DNA of 64,000 nucleotides from Candidatus Obscuribacteraceae bacterium (GCA_044226015.1 JBGAHS010000006.1:512001-576000); one strand, 5' to 3'. Counted from the stretch's first letter, positions 48,713 to 60,445 are shown. Made by a program: numbers and translations. Notes: generated by a model not told the origin, from the letters alone.

Positions 48713-51247
48713 CTAGATGTTTCGAGAGTTAGAACTCGCAATGCCACCATGACCTTGAGTGGTGGCTTTATGACTTGCATAAGTGAGAATTGATTCAATC
48801 TGGCCCAGATAACTAATGATGTACTGAGCACGAAATCCTCTTTGCGCAAAAGCATCAATTCGCAGCCAATCTTTTATAAGAGAATGCAAATGAATGACCT
48901 GTTTTTTCACGCCATCTATGTCGGCTGGAGCAGCTTGCGCCGTCAAGCTATGAGCTTGCTTTTGCATGCGATCAATTTCCTGAATCACCTCATTAGTACT
49001 GGCAGTGTCAGAAATCACTCGCTTCGTTGGATCTTGCATATAGCGATTGACCGTTGAGACGAAGTCGTCAACCAACAATGTGGTGGCACGAATAGGATCT
49101 GCCTGCGGTGTCATCACAGCCTGTCTTCGATATGGTCCTATCTTCAGCAATTCGAGTTTTTTATCATCAAGTTGAGCTGCTGCAAAAAAGGTAGTTCCAA
49201 GAGAACCAATTGCGCGCGAACTATCCAGCTGCTCGATAAAACCAGCAGTATCAAGCTGACGAATTGAAATTCCCGGGAATACCAGAGCCTTGTCCTCTGA
49301 GTACTCTCTGCAGTTATTAGCTATCGTATAAAACTCTTTATTGTCCTCTTTGTAGGTCATCGGATTCACAGTATCAAGCCAACCACTCGCCACCCAGGTT
49401 TCCCAGTCTTGCTGAATGTTTCCGCAGCGAAGTCTTCTCGGATATCCATAAACCGCAGCTGAGATTCGCAAACCGGGGCGCAACTTACGCAACATGTTAG
49501 TGGTTTCTTGCACAAAACTATTCACCTGTGCGACTCGCCAGGCTTGCCAAACAGAACGAGTTTCAAGATCAAGACTATCGAGAGAAAGACCGGTCTCACG
49601 TTCAAAGCGCAAACGACCAGCCCAATCCCATCCCATTTCATTTGGGTTCATGTTGAAGGGATAGCGAATGTAGTCGTACTGCAATCCATCAACTTCGGGA
49701 TATTTGGTGCAAATTTCGGCAGCAAGATCTTTTATGAATTGCCTGGTATCACTTTGTGCCGGGTCAAGCCAGTATTCATGCTGATTTTGCCCTAGCAGTG
49801 AACCTGTCTTGCCAGCAAGCGCCCAACTGAATTTGTGACTGGAAAGAATAGGACCAGGGTAATCTGTTTCCTTACCTATAATAGGATTGTGGCGCTCGTT
49901 TCCTACATTGAACACCCATATCCACGAATGGAATTCCATTCCCAATCGGTGTGCTTCTTTTAAGGCATGAGCAAAAACATCCGCTCCATTCATCAACTGC
50001 GGATTTTGCGGGTAGTATTTTGAAGGGAACATGCAGAAGCCAGCATTGTTGGTTTCAAAATAAATTGCATTGATACCAGATGCTTTCATTTTTTCCAGCA
50101 GATTGGTCATCGCTTCGGGGCTCTGGTTTGCAATAATGGTGCCTCTGTCTAGCCAGACCGAACGTTGCTCAACAGGTCGTACAGGCATTGATTTAGCGAA
50201 AGCTAAGGCGAGCTCATGTCGCGCCTTCTGCACTTCCTGGTCGGCTTCCAGAAATCGTCTTTCTTTGTAAGCCTTTTCGAAATTCACTTCGTGGGCAAGT
50301 GCTGAATCGTAATTCTGTTGAATAGCAGAAAAGGGAACAGAGATGTCAGCTTGCTTAGCTGTCTTTATTATCTCGTCGGTTCGTTTTTCGAGATATTGCA
50401 GCTCTTGTTTGATAGTCTGGTAATCAGCATAACTAATCTGTACGGCAGCCTCTTGAGTTATTCCTGGAGACGACTCCTCAAGCACGGTAGAGATGATCTG
50501 CGCATTTCCTGATAATTCCCCCTGCATTCCAGGCGCCCAACCAATGTAGAAATTACCTGAATTGGCGAGAATGGCGCTGCCATCATCAGCGGTGCTACCT
50601 GTCCAATGAGCTATTGAATCCTGACTCGATGTTGCTTGCAAGTCAGCACTGAGAGTTCCAACTGAAAAGTCTTGTTCTAAAGGAAATGGCTGACGTGGCC
50701 AGACAAGTTTCGAAGCTACTTGCGATGTTTTGTGACCATTCACGTGCCCGCCGGTGACTTCAATAATTGCTTGCGCATTTTTGGTTGGAGTACCGCAACC
50801 ATCGGTCATGATGAGTTTGCCACCATTCTGCACGTAATTTTTCAGTACCGACACAGCATCAGCAGAGATGTCTACGAGCAAAGGTAGAACTATTACTTTG
50901 TAGCCCTTCAATTTTTGCAAGTTAGAGATACTCAAATCTGCATCATGTAGCAAGTCATATCTGACGTTTGCAGTCTCAAAAGTATGCTGGAAATGTCCCC
51001 AGTCTTCATCGAATTCGCCGATATGTTGATCGGAATACGCACTTTGATTGCGCTCACTTCTTAGCACTGCCAGTGGTGAGTCAGCCAGAGCTGCTTGAGC
51101 GCAAACTATGAAGAGAAAGGCAAATAAAACAATATAAGTCGAAGAATAGAATTTGGATATATCAATCAAATATCCCAAGGATGTCGTCTGAGAAGCAGAA
51201 TCCTTCACATCTTTTCCAAGAACCATACACAAGCTCCAACGCAGCAA
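48713..51247 (-). CDS. Glycosyl hydrolase-like 10 (GHL10) family protein with N-terminal GATase-like domain
   Basis: RSVWLDRGTI, AH..GME.H.W, DGLQYDYIRYP, QQDWETW, PMTY; start uncertain. Confidence 0.88.
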   Translation of the reverse strand: MLRWSLCMVLGKDVKDSASQTTSLGYLIDISKFYSSTYIVLFAFLFIVCAQAALADSPLAVLRSERNQSAYSDQHIGEFDEDWGHFQHTFETANVRYDLLHDADLSISNLQKLKGYKVIVLPLLVDISADAVSVLKNYVQNGGKLIMTDGCGTPTKNAQAIIEVTGGHVNGHKTSQVASKLVWPRQPFPLEQDFSVGTLSADLQATSSQDSIAHWTGSTADDGSAILANSGNFYIGWAPGMQGELSGNAQIISTVLEESSPGITQEAAVQISYADYQTIKQELQYLEKRTDEIIKTAKQADISVPFSAIQQNYDSALAHEVNFEKAYKERRFLEADQEVQKARHELALAFAKSMPVRPVEQRSVWLDRGTIIANQSPEAMTNLLEKMKASGINAIYFETNNAGFCMFPSKYYPQNPQLMNGADVFAHALKEAHRLGMEFHSWIWVFNVGNERHNPIIGKETDYPGPILSSHKFSWALAGKTGSLLGQNQHEYWLDPAQSDTRQFIKDLAAEICTKYPEVDGLQYDYIRYPFNMNPNEMGWDWAGRLRFERETGLSLDSLDLETRSVWQAWRVAQVNSFVQETTNMLRKLRPGLRISAAVYGYPRRLRCGNIQQDWETWVASGWLDTVNPMTYKEDNKEFYTIANNCREYSEDKALVFPGISIRQLDTAGFIEQLDSSRAIGSLGTTFFAAAQLDDKKLELLKIGPYRRQAVMTPQADPIRATTLLVDDFVSTVNRYMQDPTKRVISDTASTNEVIQEIDRMQKQAHSLTAQAAPADIDGVKKQVIHLHSLIKDWLRIDAFAQRGFRAQYIISYLGQIESILTYASHKATTQGHGGIASSNSRNI

Positions 51248-51274
51248 TCGTAGGTTAGCAGACTCTAGACAATA

Positions 51275-51808
51275 TCAACGACTGCGTATTTGCTTCGTTA
51301 ACCTGTCGAGTTGTCGTTTGCTGTCCCGCTTAACAAGGCTTTCTCGCTTGTCGTAAAGCTGTTTACCTCTTGCGAGAGCAATGTCTACTTTAACCCAATT
51401 CCTTTTGAAATACATACGAAGTGGGATTAAAGTAAGCCCTTTTTCTTTAATTCGCTGATTGAGTTTGAAGATTTCTCTTTTGTGTAGCAGCAAGCGTCGC
51501 TTGCGTGTTGGCTCGTGATTAAATCGATTACCAAATTCATACTGAGAGATATTGCAGTTATAGAGCCAGATTTCGCCAAATTCAATGCGAGCGAAACTAT
51601 CTTGCAAACTGCATTTGCCCGCGCGCAACGCTTTGACTTCTGTGCCAGTTAATTCAATTCCGCATTGAACTGATTCAAGAATTTCGAACTCATGTCGTGC
51701 TTTCCGATTATCGGAAATCATCTTCGTAGCTGGCTTCTCTTCTTCCTTGCTATTCGACTTATTCTTGGCGTTGGGATCTTTAGTTGTGACTGGCTTGCCT
51801 TTTGCCAT
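51275..51808 (-). CDS. smpB: SsrA-binding protein SmpB
   Basis: NRKARHEF, GIELTGTEVK, RKRRLLLHKREI, GKQLYDKR. Confidence 0.97.
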   Translation of the reverse strand: MAKGKPVTTKDPNAKNKSNSKEEEKPATKMISDNRKARHEFEILESVQCGIELTGTEVKALRAGKCSLQDSFARIEFGEIWLYNCNISQYEFGNRFNHEPTRKRRLLLHKREIFKLNQRIKEKGLTLIPLRMYFKRNWVKVDIALARGKQLYDKRESLVKRDSKRQLDRLTKQIRSR

Positions 51809-51945
51809 GCTTTTCCTTCAGCCGCTTACTAAATACGGCACCTTTCTTTGCATCCAATCGTCAGGAGCATCGCCTTCCGACACTGGGGAGAGACGATGTT
51901 ACAATATTAAAGGAATCTCGACTAGCTAAGATAACAATTCAAATA

Positions 51946-53040
51946 ATGATCAAGATTGGTCCGTTATTAGCAGGAGAATACAAACAAGCATCATTGCTGT
52001 TGCAATTGCAGCCTGAGCTTGTACATGATTCCGACAATGAAATCACCGATGGTGATTTATTGCTGCGCAGCTTCACGTTCTGGCAGCATTGGCTTCCTTG
52101 CAATCTACATATGGCAGCATCCACATATGTAGCAAGAGAGGACAAGCAATTATTGGGAATCATCTCCCTGGCACATATGAGCAAGTCTCGCTCTTGTTGG
52201 CAAGTAAATAAGCTAGTCGTTCATCCTGATCATCGAGGCAGAGGCATTGCCCAAGAGCTTCTCCGTTATGTCTTTGCGCAATTCGGAAGTCAGGGTGTAA
52301 TGCATTTTCTAGCCGAGGTTCCCGCAACAAACGCCGCAGCCCTGACGCTATTTGCTAATTGCGGTTTCTGTAGATCATCCAGAATTACATACTATAAGTT
52401 CAATCCCAGCGCAGAGAAATTGCAGGAGCTCAGAACCCAACATGTCGAGGGCATGCGCGTAGCACTTCCTCACGTGAAACCAGCTCTCTATCAACTGCAC
52501 TCCGAGGTTTTACCACCAGCCTTGAGACAAGTCTTACTCTTGAATGCCGACGATTTCCAAGTGAAGGATTGGATATCATTTACGTCAGTTGAAAAGTCAA
52601 AGCAGAAATTAATGCGAACCCGTGTCTGGTACTGGATTTCAGAAGATACCGAACGAATGGTACTGACCTCGTCAGCGCGTGTCACGGCAGATCCAAATTC
52701 TGGCTACAAGCTAGAGTTCGCAATCCATCCGGGTTGGAAACATCTAGAGGAAGAAGTCGTTAACTTCAGCCTGACAAAATTGTTGAATGAAGCACCCAAA
52801 GCGCCAATATGGGTGAAGGTTTACGACTTCCAGGGTGATTCCATCCACAGCATTTTGCAAGGATTAGGCTTCGAGAGAAGTGGAGAGGAGTTTGTTTTAC
52901 TCAGAGAACATTGGCAACGTTCGCGCAAAACAAAACTTGTTGAAATGCCACAACTTGGCAATCCCGTTATAAATTTGCCATTGGCAGCAGATCAAAAACG
53001 ATTGAGACGCTTGCGCCTGCAAGATCCAGAAGAGATTTAG
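51946..53040 (+). CDS. GNAT family N-acetyltransferase
   Basis: VHPDHRGRGIAQELL and N.AAL.LF...GF motifs. Confidence 0.85.
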   Translation: MIKIGPLLAGEYKQASLLLQLQPELVHDSDNEITDGDLLLRSFTFWQHWLPCNLHMAASTYVAREDKQLLGIISLAHMSKSRSCWQVNKLVVHPDHRGRGIAQELLRYVFAQFGSQGVMHFLAEVPATNAAALTLFANCGFCRSSRITYYKFNPSAEKLQELRTQHVEGMRVALPHVKPALYQLHSEVLPPALRQVLLLNADDFQVKDWISFTSVEKSKQKLMRTRVWYWISEDTERMVLTSSARVTADPNSGYKLEFAIHPGWKHLEEEVVNFSLTKLLNEAPKAPIWVKVYDFQGDSIHSILQGLGFERSGEEFVLLREHWQRSRKTKLVEMPQLGNPVINLPLAADQKRLRRLRLQDPEEI

Positions 53041-53225
53041 CGAGAAAAATCCAACCGTATTTGCGTGACAAATCAGTCCTGGATTAAGTCTCCTTTATCG
53101 AAAAACTCTAAAGAAAGTTGGAATTTCCCGTTACAAAAGGCAGAAAAGTTGACACAGCGCTTCTTTTGTCGGTACGATATCCTTCCGCTTTGTATTAGTC
53201 CCCCTCAGTCAGGAGACTGGTTTTT

Positions 53226-53639
53226 GTGCCTACGATAAATCAGTTGATTCGCAGTGAACGACGCCTCGCGACAGTGAAAACTAAGTCGCCAGCGCTCAAG
53301 GCATGCCCGCAAAGACGCGGCGTTTGCACACAGGTGAAGACAACTACCCCTAAAAAGCCGAATTCGGCATTGAGAAAAATTGCCCGTGTCAGATTGACAA
53401 ACGGCATTGAAATTACCGCATACATCCCAGGTGTCGGTCATAACTTGCAGGAGCACTCTGTTGTTCTTGTACGTGGTGGACGTGTGAAAGATCTTCCTGG
53501 AGTTCGTTACCACATCGTGCGCGGCGCTCTCGACACCGCTGGTGTTAAAGATCGCATGCAGAGCCGTTCCAAATACGGCGCCAAGCGTCCTAAACCCGGT
53601 GCTGCCGGTGCTAAAGGCGCTCCTGCTAAGAAGAAATAG
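53226..53639 (+). CDS. rpsL: 30S ribosomal protein S12
   Basis: [25 protein letters not shown]. Confidence 0.98.
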   Translation: MPTINQLIRSERRLATVKTKSPALKACPQRRGVCTQVKTTTPKKPNSALRKIARVRLTNGIEITAYIPGVGHNLQEHSVVLVRGGRVKDLPGVRYHIVRGALDTAGVKDRMQSRSKYGAKRPKPGAAGAKGAPAKKK

Positions 53640-53668
53640 TTAGATAGTTAACGTAAACAAGGCAAGTC

Positions 53669-54139
53669 ATGTCAAGAAGAACTGCAGCAGAAAAAAGAGT
53701 TCCCCCACCAGATGCGGTGCATAATAGCCAATTGGTTTCGCGCTTCGTCCATAAGATGATGGCGCGTGGAAAGAAGAGCACCGCTCAACGTTCTTTCTAC
53801 GATGCATTGGCGCTGGTCAAAGAACGCAGCAAGCAAGACCCGCTCGAGTTGTTCAACAAAGCAGTGAAGAATGTCACTCCGCTTGTTGAAGTTAAAGCTC
53901 GTCGCGTTGGTGGTTCTACCTACCAGGTTCCAGTTGAAGTAAAACAACAACGCGGTACCGCACTTGCTACCCAGTGGATCATCAATAACAGCCGCAAGCG
54001 CGCTGGACGTTCATTTGCAGAAAGACTCTGCGCTGAATTGATTGATGCTTCCAACGGTGCTGGCGCTTCAGTTAAGAAGCGTGATGAAACACACAAAATG
54101 GCTGAAGCCAACAAAGCTTTCGCTCATTACAGATACTAA
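53669..54139 (+). CDS. rpsG: 30S ribosomal protein S7
   Basis: [25 protein letters not shown]. Confidence 0.98.
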   Translation: MSRRTAAEKRVPPPDAVHNSQLVSRFVHKMMARGKKSTAQRSFYDALALVKERSKQDPLELFNKAVKNVTPLVEVKARRVGGSTYQVPVEVKQQRGTALATQWIINNSRKRAGRSFAERLCAELIDASNGAGASVKKRDETHKMAEANKAFAHYRY

Positions 54140-54167
54140 TAGAAAGCAATTTCCATTAGTGACTATC

Positions 54168-54197
54168 GGCGCGCAGTCTTGCGCGCCTTTTTCTTTT
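54168..54197 (+). terminator. Intrinsic terminator between rpsG and fusA
   Basis: ggcgcgca-gtct-tgcgcgcc followed by tttttctttt. Confidence 0.75.
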
Positions 54198-54552
54198 GCA
54201 TTAGATTTGCGTAGAACTTGCAGGAACCGCTGAATCTGCGCCTCAGACAGGAAGCAGGAAGAGAGTCAGAACGTGAATGAAGCCATCCGTGAAGAGAAGA
54301 GCTGGTTCGGTCAAACAGCAAGAGCTTCGTAAACGCAAAATCGGTGCGCATCTTCAATTGCTTCAAATGTTATCAAGCAAAATTAAGAGATAGCAAACTT
54401 TACAGCTGTGGCGCCAATCAGCCGTTCTAATAGAAAATGACTATGTGTAGTGGCAGCTCTCAAGTCTGCGCTCTGAAATTTGTTTTGCAAATCAGACAAC
54501 GACCAGCGCCGCGAAGTAATACGGAACAAATACAGATAAGGAACTCGAAACG

Positions 54553-56658
54553 GTGACTACGAACACACGTCATGCCCTAGGCGACTTAAGAAACATGGGT
54601 ATCGCAGCACACATCGATGCTGGCAAAACCACTACAACGGAAAGAATTTTGTTCTACTCCGGACTCATCCACCGCATCGGTGAAGTGCATGATGGCACCA
54701 CCGTTACTGACTGGATGGAGCAAGAGAAAGAGCGCGGTATCACGATTACAGCAGCTGCAATCACCAGCTTCTGGAAAGACAAGCGTATCAATTTGATCGA
54801 CACCCCTGGACACGTTGACTTCACCGTTGAAGTTGAACGTTCAATGCGCGTTCTCGATGGCGTTATCATCGTTCTTTGCGCAGTGGCTGGTGTTCAACCA
54901 CAAACCAATACAGTTTGGAAGCAAGCAAACCGCTACGAAGTTCCAAGAATGGTGTTCGTCAACAAGATGGACCGCTCTGGTGCTGACTACTACCGCGTTG
55001 TAAACCAAATCAAGAACCAGTTGCCAGGACAGCACAGCACCTGGACCAATGGTCATCCAATTCAGCTGCCAATCGGCGCTGAAGATCGCTTCATCGGTTA
55101 CGTAGATGTGCTCTCAGGCAAGGCTTATCACTTCGACGATACAGATAAGCTCGGACGCAACTTGATTGAAGTTCCAATTCCGGAAGATGTGCAAGAGTAC
55201 TATGACAAGTACTCACATGAGCTCACCGAAGCAATCGTTGAGACAGACGACGAGCTTATGAACAAGTACCTCGAAGAAAAGCCGATCACCCACGAAGAGA
55301 AGAAAATCGCTTTGAGAAAAGCGGTTTGCGACAACAAGATTGTTCCAATTCTCGTTGGCTCTGCATTCAAGAACAAGGGTGTTCAACCATTGCTCGACGC
55401 AATCGTTGATTACTTGCCTTCGCCTCTCGATGTAGTTGCAATCAAGGGCGTTCTTCCAGATGGACAAGAAGCTCAACGCAAGTGCGACGAAAACGAGCCA
55501 TTTGCAGCTCTGGCATTCAAGGTTATGACTGACCCATTCATCGGTAAGTTGACCTTCTTGCGCGTATACAGCGGAAAGCTAACGGCTGGTTCATACGTCG
55601 CCAACAGCACCAAGGGCAAGCGCGAACGTATCAGCCGTCTGATTCAGCTGCAAGCTGACCAGAGAAAAGACATCAGCGAAGCTTGCGCTGGAGACATTTG
55701 CGCAGCTGTCGGTTTGAAAGACACCACCACTGGTGACACGCTTTGCGAAGATGGCTCACCAATCATTCTCGAAGCAATGAAGTTTCCAGAGCCTGTTATC
55801 TCGGTTGCTATCGAACCGAAAACAAAAGCAGACTCCGACAAACTCGGCGTTTCACTCGGCAGATTGGCAGAAGAAGATCCGACCTTCCGCGTGCATGTTG
55901 ACCACGAAACAGGTCAAACAATCATCTCCGGTATGGGTGAACTTCACCTCGAAATCATCGTCGACCGCTTGTTGCGTGAATTCAAAGTCGAAGCTAACGT
56001 TGGTAAGCCACAGGTTGCTTACCGCGAAACCTTCAAACAGAAAGTCAAGCAAACCGGCAAGTTCATTCGTCAGTCAGGTGGTCGTGGTCAATACGGTCAC
56101 GTTGAAATCGAACTCGAACCACAAGAAGCTGGTAAGGGCTACGAATTCGTCAACAAGATCGTGGGCGGTGTAATTCCGAAGGAATACATCCCAGCTGTTG
56201 ACGCTGGTATCAAGGAAGCTGCTGAAGGCGGCGTTCTTGCAGGTTATCCGGTAATCGACTTCAAGGTCACATTGGTCTTCGGTTCGTACCACGATGTAGA
56301 CTCGTCAGAAATGGCGTTTAAGATCGCTGGTTCGATGGCGTTCAAGGAAGGCTTCATGAAGGCTAAACCAATCCTTCTCGAGCCAGTTATGAAAGTCGAA
56401 GTTGAAGTACCAGAAGACTTCATGGGCGACGTAATCGGTGATATCTCCAGCCGTCGTGGACGCGTTGAAGGTATGGATACATTGGACAAACTCTCGAAAG
56501 TAAAAGCGCAAGTTCCACTTTCAGAAATGTTCGGATACGCAACCGACATCCGTAACCGTACACGCGGTCAAGGAACATTCGTAATGGAATTCGACCACTA
56601 CGAAGAAGTTCCATCCAACATCGCTGAAGAAGTAGTTGCTGGACGCAAGAAAGGCTAA
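54553..56658 (+). CDS. fusA: Elongation factor G
   Basis: [34 protein letters not shown]. Confidence 0.98.
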   Translation: MTTNTRHALGDLRNMGIAAHIDAGKTTTTERILFYSGLIHRIGEVHDGTTVTDWMEQEKERGITITAAAITSFWKDKRINLIDTPGHVDFTVEVERSMRVLDGVIIVLCAVAGVQPQTNTVWKQANRYEVPRMVFVNKMDRSGADYYRVVNQIKNQLPGQHSTWTNGHPIQLPIGAEDRFIGYVDVLSGKAYHFDDTDKLGRNLIEVPIPEDVQEYYDKYSHELTEAIVETDDELMNKYLEEKPITHEEKKIALRKAVCDNKIVPILVGSAFKNKGVQPLLDAIVDYLPSPLDVVAIKGVLPDGQEAQRKCDENEPFAALAFKVMTDPFIGKLTFLRVYSGKLTAGSYVANSTKGKRERISRLIQLQADQRKDISEACAGDICAAVGLKDTTTGDTLCEDGSPIILEAMKFPEPVISVAIEPKTKADSDKLGVSLGRLAEEDPTFRVHVDHETGQTIISGMGELHLEIIVDRLLREFKVEANVGKPQVAYRETFKQKVKQTGKFIRQSGGRGQYGHVEIELEPQEAGKGYEFVNKIVGGVIPKEYIPAVDAGIKEAAEGGVLAGYPVIDFKVTLVFGSYHDVDSSEMAFKIAGSMAFKEGFMKAKPILLEPVMKVEVEVPEDFMGDVIGDISSRRGRVEGMDTLDKLSKVKAQVPLSEMFGYATDIRNRTRGQGTFVMEFDHYEEVPSNIAEEVVAGRKKG

Positions 56659-56681
56659 GCTCATTAGCTCGATAAACAAGT

Positions 56682-56723
56682 AAAAAAAGAATCCCGGACT
56701 GAAAGGTTCGGGATTCTTTTTTT
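56682..56723. terminator. Bidirectional intrinsic terminator after fusA
   Basis: A7-gaatcccggac..gttcgggattc-T7. Confidence 0.85.
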
Positions 56724-56753
56724 AGCTTTCTTTGATTTGATTCTGCTTCAGCT

Positions 56754-57203
56754 CTACTGAGCTTCAACGGCTTCTGGAGCGTCATCTGGCGCATCATCAA
56801 CAGGCTCTTCATTTCGAGTCATTGCCCAGAGTTGGCGAGTAACTTCCCAGACAGTTTCGTTTTTCCAATTCGAAAGCACACACTTTATCGTGAAGCAGCC
56901 TTCGACATAGATAAGAATCTCTGCTGGAAAAATAGCATGTCCCTTTAGTAAGTGGTCAGGGTCATTTGCTGGAAAGTCGTGTTCATAAACGATTCTTCCA
57001 TTGGGATCTTCAATTTCGATGTGACCGCGATATTGCCGGCGCTCATAGGGTGTTCCAAATCCTATTGCAATGACACAATTCAAAGTTTGTGGGAATGCGT
57101 CAACCACAAATAAATCGAACAAACCATGCACATTGATTCGTCCATCTTCTGCATGGTCAGCGCGATCACACAATAGTATGTAACCGCTATGCAGATACTT
57201 CAT
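56754..57203 (-). CDS. Hypothetical protein (DUF6941-like)
   Basis: LCD.A....GRINVHGLFD.....FP motif. Confidence 0.7.
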   Translation of the reverse strand: MKYLHSGYILLCDRADHAEDGRINVHGLFDLFVVDAFPQTLNCVIAIGFGTPYERRQYRGHIEIEDPNGRIVYEHDFPANDPDHLLKGHAIFPAEILIYVEGCFTIKCVLSNWKNETVWEVTRQLWAMTRNEEPVDDAPDDAPEAVEAQ

Positions 57204-57459
57204 TCAATAACCTCACTTTCCTCTTGCTAATGGGTTCAGGATACTTATTTTTAGTCCCAATAGACTCTCTGACTAAACGCCTTGTGTAGATGGAATTGCT
57301 CTTATAATCAAGCTCGGCAGAAACTGAATGCTTGTTTTGACTGCGCTGAAGCGATAACAATTCTCACGGTTTTGATAGTACCGTAAAAGCTAGCCAAAGC
57401 CAAAGCAACGTCTGATAGCCTTTAACGGGCTATTTTGTTTGCCACTGATTGCTCAGATT

Positions 57460-58080
57460 CTAAGCGTGGCGACGTTCCATCATTTGACTAACTTTGAAAC
57501 GAAATACTTGTTCTTCGGCACTAATAGAATTTGCAAGACTCGGATTTTTCCGAAGTTGCGCTTCTCTAGAGGGATCTGCAGAGTGCAGTGGGAACGTAAT
57601 GTATTTCTCGTTAACATCTGAATGCAACGGCGGATAAAAGGCGTAGAGGGTTTCTCCCTTCATGTTTCCTTTTGCATCAGGCAAAAATGATTGAACAGGA
57701 AACGCAATGCGATGCGACATTTCATTGCTGATTTCACCCATCACATCCTGCAAAACTCCAACTGCTTTTTCGAAGTAGCCACCGGCTGAAGTTCCATTAC
57801 GCATCTGCTTATCATAGAAATCTCTGATGGATGGTGCCATCTTTCCCCAGAGCTGTACACCTTCGTGAATGCCCTTTCTGACAGCGTCTTGAACATCATT
57901 ACCAAGGATGGCAAAGTCTTTAGCTACAACAACTGGCTTATCTGGAGACAACGCTTGTAGCTTCGCCTCAAGTCTATTATCACCGGCATTAGCAGGTCGC
58001 AACTCGCGCTCTGCATGAAACGGGGTTTCCGCGGGCGCTTCGGAACGCGCAGGTACTTTATCGTTAAACTGATCACTCAT
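57460..58080 (-). CDS. Hypothetical protein
   Basis: 206-aa ORF, no family recognised. Confidence 0.6.
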   Translation of the reverse strand: MSDQFNDKVPARSEAPAETPFHAERELRPANAGDNRLEAKLQALSPDKPVVVAKDFAILGNDVQDAVRKGIHEGVQLWGKMAPSIRDFYDKQMRNGTSAGGYFEKAVGVLQDVMGEISNEMSHRIAFPVQSFLPDAKGNMKGETLYAFYPPLHSDVNEKYITFPLHSADPSREAQLRKNPSLANSISAEEQVFRFKVSQMMERRHA

Positions 58081-58251
58081 GGTTTTAAACCCTAGACAAA
58101 TGCCGTGCCATAATCTGCATTGACAAGTATACCCGGCAGATAAAGTTATTAATCCCGAGAGCTGTCTTATTCAGGCAGGTTAATCAAGCTTAAGCCTGTC
58201 CTGGTGAGTTTTTCGGGCATCAACTAGATTTCGAGGCATCAAGCAGACAAA

Positions 58252-59151
58252 GTGCTAGACATACAAAAGCTATCAATTAGGCTGACAATAAGCTCTGTTT
58301 TATCTTTTATTCTGGGACAAGCAGACTCAGCTGAATTTTGGGACAAGCCGATTCCTTCTAACAGCCCTGAGAAAAGCGCTGCCACCTATCATGAGGTTCC
58401 CATAGACTTTAATGATTCAAGGAACAAAGAAGCTCTTCTTCCTCTAAAAAGGTTCGCAGTGGATGGGGAAGCATTTTACTCCGTTAAAGACGGCAGCAAC
58501 TTTCCATATAACGAATGTATTTGTGCGGGCAAACGCAGTTTATCATCGCGTAAAAGCGTGGCCGAGAAATTGAAAGCAGTGAACAAAGAACTGGCCAGGC
58601 AAAATTTAGAGCTGCACGTGTTTGATGCCTATAGATCAGTCGAGTGTCAAACTGCACTCTGGAAGCACTTCATGAAGCAGGCAAAGAAAGCACTCGGTGC
58701 AGATGCAAGCAACGATGCGCTGGTCAAGTACGCCAGCAACTATTGCTCAAACCCAACCTTTTTCAAGAAAGATGATTGGCATACATGGCCGACACATTCA
58801 ACAGGAGGCGCTGTAGACCTCACTCTCAAACGAAAAGGTAGCTCTGAACTGCTTTTTATGGGTGGAGTTTTTGATGATGATTCCATAGTCAGCAAATCGA
58901 ATTTCTATGAATCAACTGAGAGCACAGACTCAACCGTTCCGCAAGCGAATGCCGCTGTCATCACGGTTCCTCGAAGCAGCATCTCCGCAGAAGAAGCTCA
59001 ACGTAATAGAAGGATTCTCTACTGGACCATGCTGAAGCACGGCTTTTCAAACTACCACAATGAGTGGTGGCATTTTGATTATGGCAATCAAATGTGGGTG
59101 CAATCAAGCCGTGAGAAAACCAAGCCTAAAGCTTTTTACGGAACCATTTAG
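58252..59151 (+). CDS. M15 family D-Ala-D-Ala dipeptidase (VanX/DdpX-like)
   Basis: FDAYRS..CQ, HSTGGAVDLTL, EWWHFDYG. Confidence 0.9.
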   Translation: MLDIQKLSIRLTISSVLSFILGQADSAEFWDKPIPSNSPEKSAATYHEVPIDFNDSRNKEALLPLKRFAVDGEAFYSVKDGSNFPYNECICAGKRSLSSRKSVAEKLKAVNKELARQNLELHVFDAYRSVECQTALWKHFMKQAKKALGADASNDALVKYASNYCSNPTFFKKDDWHTWPTHSTGGAVDLTLKRKGSSELLFMGGVFDDDSIVSKSNFYESTESTDSTVPQANAAVITVPRSSISAEEAQRNRRILYWTMLKHGFSNYHNEWWHFDYGNQMWVQSSREKTKPKAFYGTI

Positions 59152-60347
59152 GCTCGGCGACGCGTTGAAGCTGTCCAACCAAGCTCTTTCAAGGCTTCGT
59201 CCATGCTCACGTTATTGCGCTTACATTGATGGAGAGCCATGATGGCATCTTCCTGAATCAGGTATTTTTTCTCGATGAGATAGACAGCACGCAATAGTGC
59301 ATACAACATAGACTCGCTTACAATGCCCGATAACAACAGTTCTTTCTCAATATCAACTGAGGCACCAGAGCCAGGTCCTAGAATGGTCTCGAGGTCTTTG
59401 GGGTCGGCAAGTCCTGACAGAGTCAGAAGTTCTTGCATCAGTGCCCTCTGGTCCTTTTCAATTCGTGGAACACCAACCTGAGCAATCGCTTTAACAGCTG
59501 AACATCCTTCCGAGAATATTTGCCTTAGCGCCTGTGAGGCGAGCTGATTAGTCAAAGTGCCATTGTCGACCATTTCTTGAACTCTAATGGCTGCCTTGAG
59601 TAGTGAACGAGAGAGGAATTTTTCCTCGATGAAAACTTCACCAATAGGGCGTTCATTTGTAAGTGCGAGTTCCATACAAGTCATCAACTGTGACTGGTCT
59701 AGCAAACCAGCTTCAACAAGAATGTAGCCTAAAGGGGTGGTTCTTCTTGCAGGTGGTCTGTAGAATCCACTCTGGGCCAATGATTCTTCAAATCCAATTT
59801 GTCTCTGCCTCACAGCCTTGAGACCCTGCACAGCCTGGTCTCGATTGATAACACCCTCACGAATAAGCTTCTGAGCGGTTAAACAAGCAAGCAAAACCTC
59901 ATTGGCAATGTATTTGCGGAACACCAACACGCGTCCTACCGGAAGTCCGGTTTCAGTGCTTGTCTTAAGCGCTTCATCTAATTGCTCCCAGGTGACAGCC
60001 TCTGCTTCAACCAACAATTCGCCAAGCCTGTTTGTAGCTCCGGTCTTTTGCTTTTTCCATCCAAGCTGGCCCAGTGCCTCTGGCAACTTCATTTCGTTCT
60101 TCGCCACAAGAGTCAGCGCATTTGCCGCTAATTCAAGGCTCAGCATGCCATCGTTTATGAGTGACTGCGCTTCGACTGCGGCTTTAAGCTCTCGTTGCTT
60201 AATATATCCCAGCATCACGAGAACTTTTCCTAACGGCAAAGAGCGCTCTCTGGCTTTCTCCAGCGCGTCATTTAAGGTTTCCAGAGTCAATATGCCCGCT
60301 CTCGTGAGTAGCTCCCCGATTGGGATAAGCGCCGCATCTTGAATCAT
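59148..60347 (-). CDS. MshEN-like repeat protein
   Basis: Repeated (R/P)LGxxLxxxG...L..AL units, e.g. RLGELLVEAEAVTWEQLDEAL. Confidence 0.75.
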   Translation of the reverse strand: MIQDAALIPIGELLTRAGILTLETLNDALEKARERSLPLGKVLVMLGYIKQRELKAAVEAQSLINDGMLSLELAANALTLVAKNEMKLPEALGQLGWKKQKTGATNRLGELLVEAEAVTWEQLDEALKTSTETGLPVGRVLVFRKYIANEVLLACLTAQKLIREGVINRDQAVQGLKAVRQRQIGFEESLAQSGFYRPPARRTTPLGYILVEAGLLDQSQLMTCMELALTNERPIGEVFIEEKFLSRSLLKAAIRVQEMVDNGTLTNQLASQALRQIFSEGCSAVKAIAQVGVPRIEKDQRALMQELLTLSGLADPKDLETILGPGSGASVDIEKELLLSGIVSESMLYALLRAVYLIEKKYLIQEDAIMALHQCKRNNVSMDEALKELGWTASTRRRA

Positions 60348-60445
60348 TACTCTTCCGCCTTTCCTGCTTTTTGCCTTGCAGTCGTGTATCTTAGTCTCTC
60401 TAGAAATTGTCTTTCCACATATTCAAGCAAATAACTCATCATTCT

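Noticed and set aside
48482..48793. CRISPR array, or the short ORFs overlapping the repeats (48490-48732, 48521-48793)
   Set aside because: No constant repeat with unique spacers and no cas genes; mixed 15/16-bp units make the ORFs by-products
58252..59151. Vancomycin resistance locus
   Set aside because: VanX-like dipeptidase alone, without vanHA or vanRS; more likely cell-wall recycling
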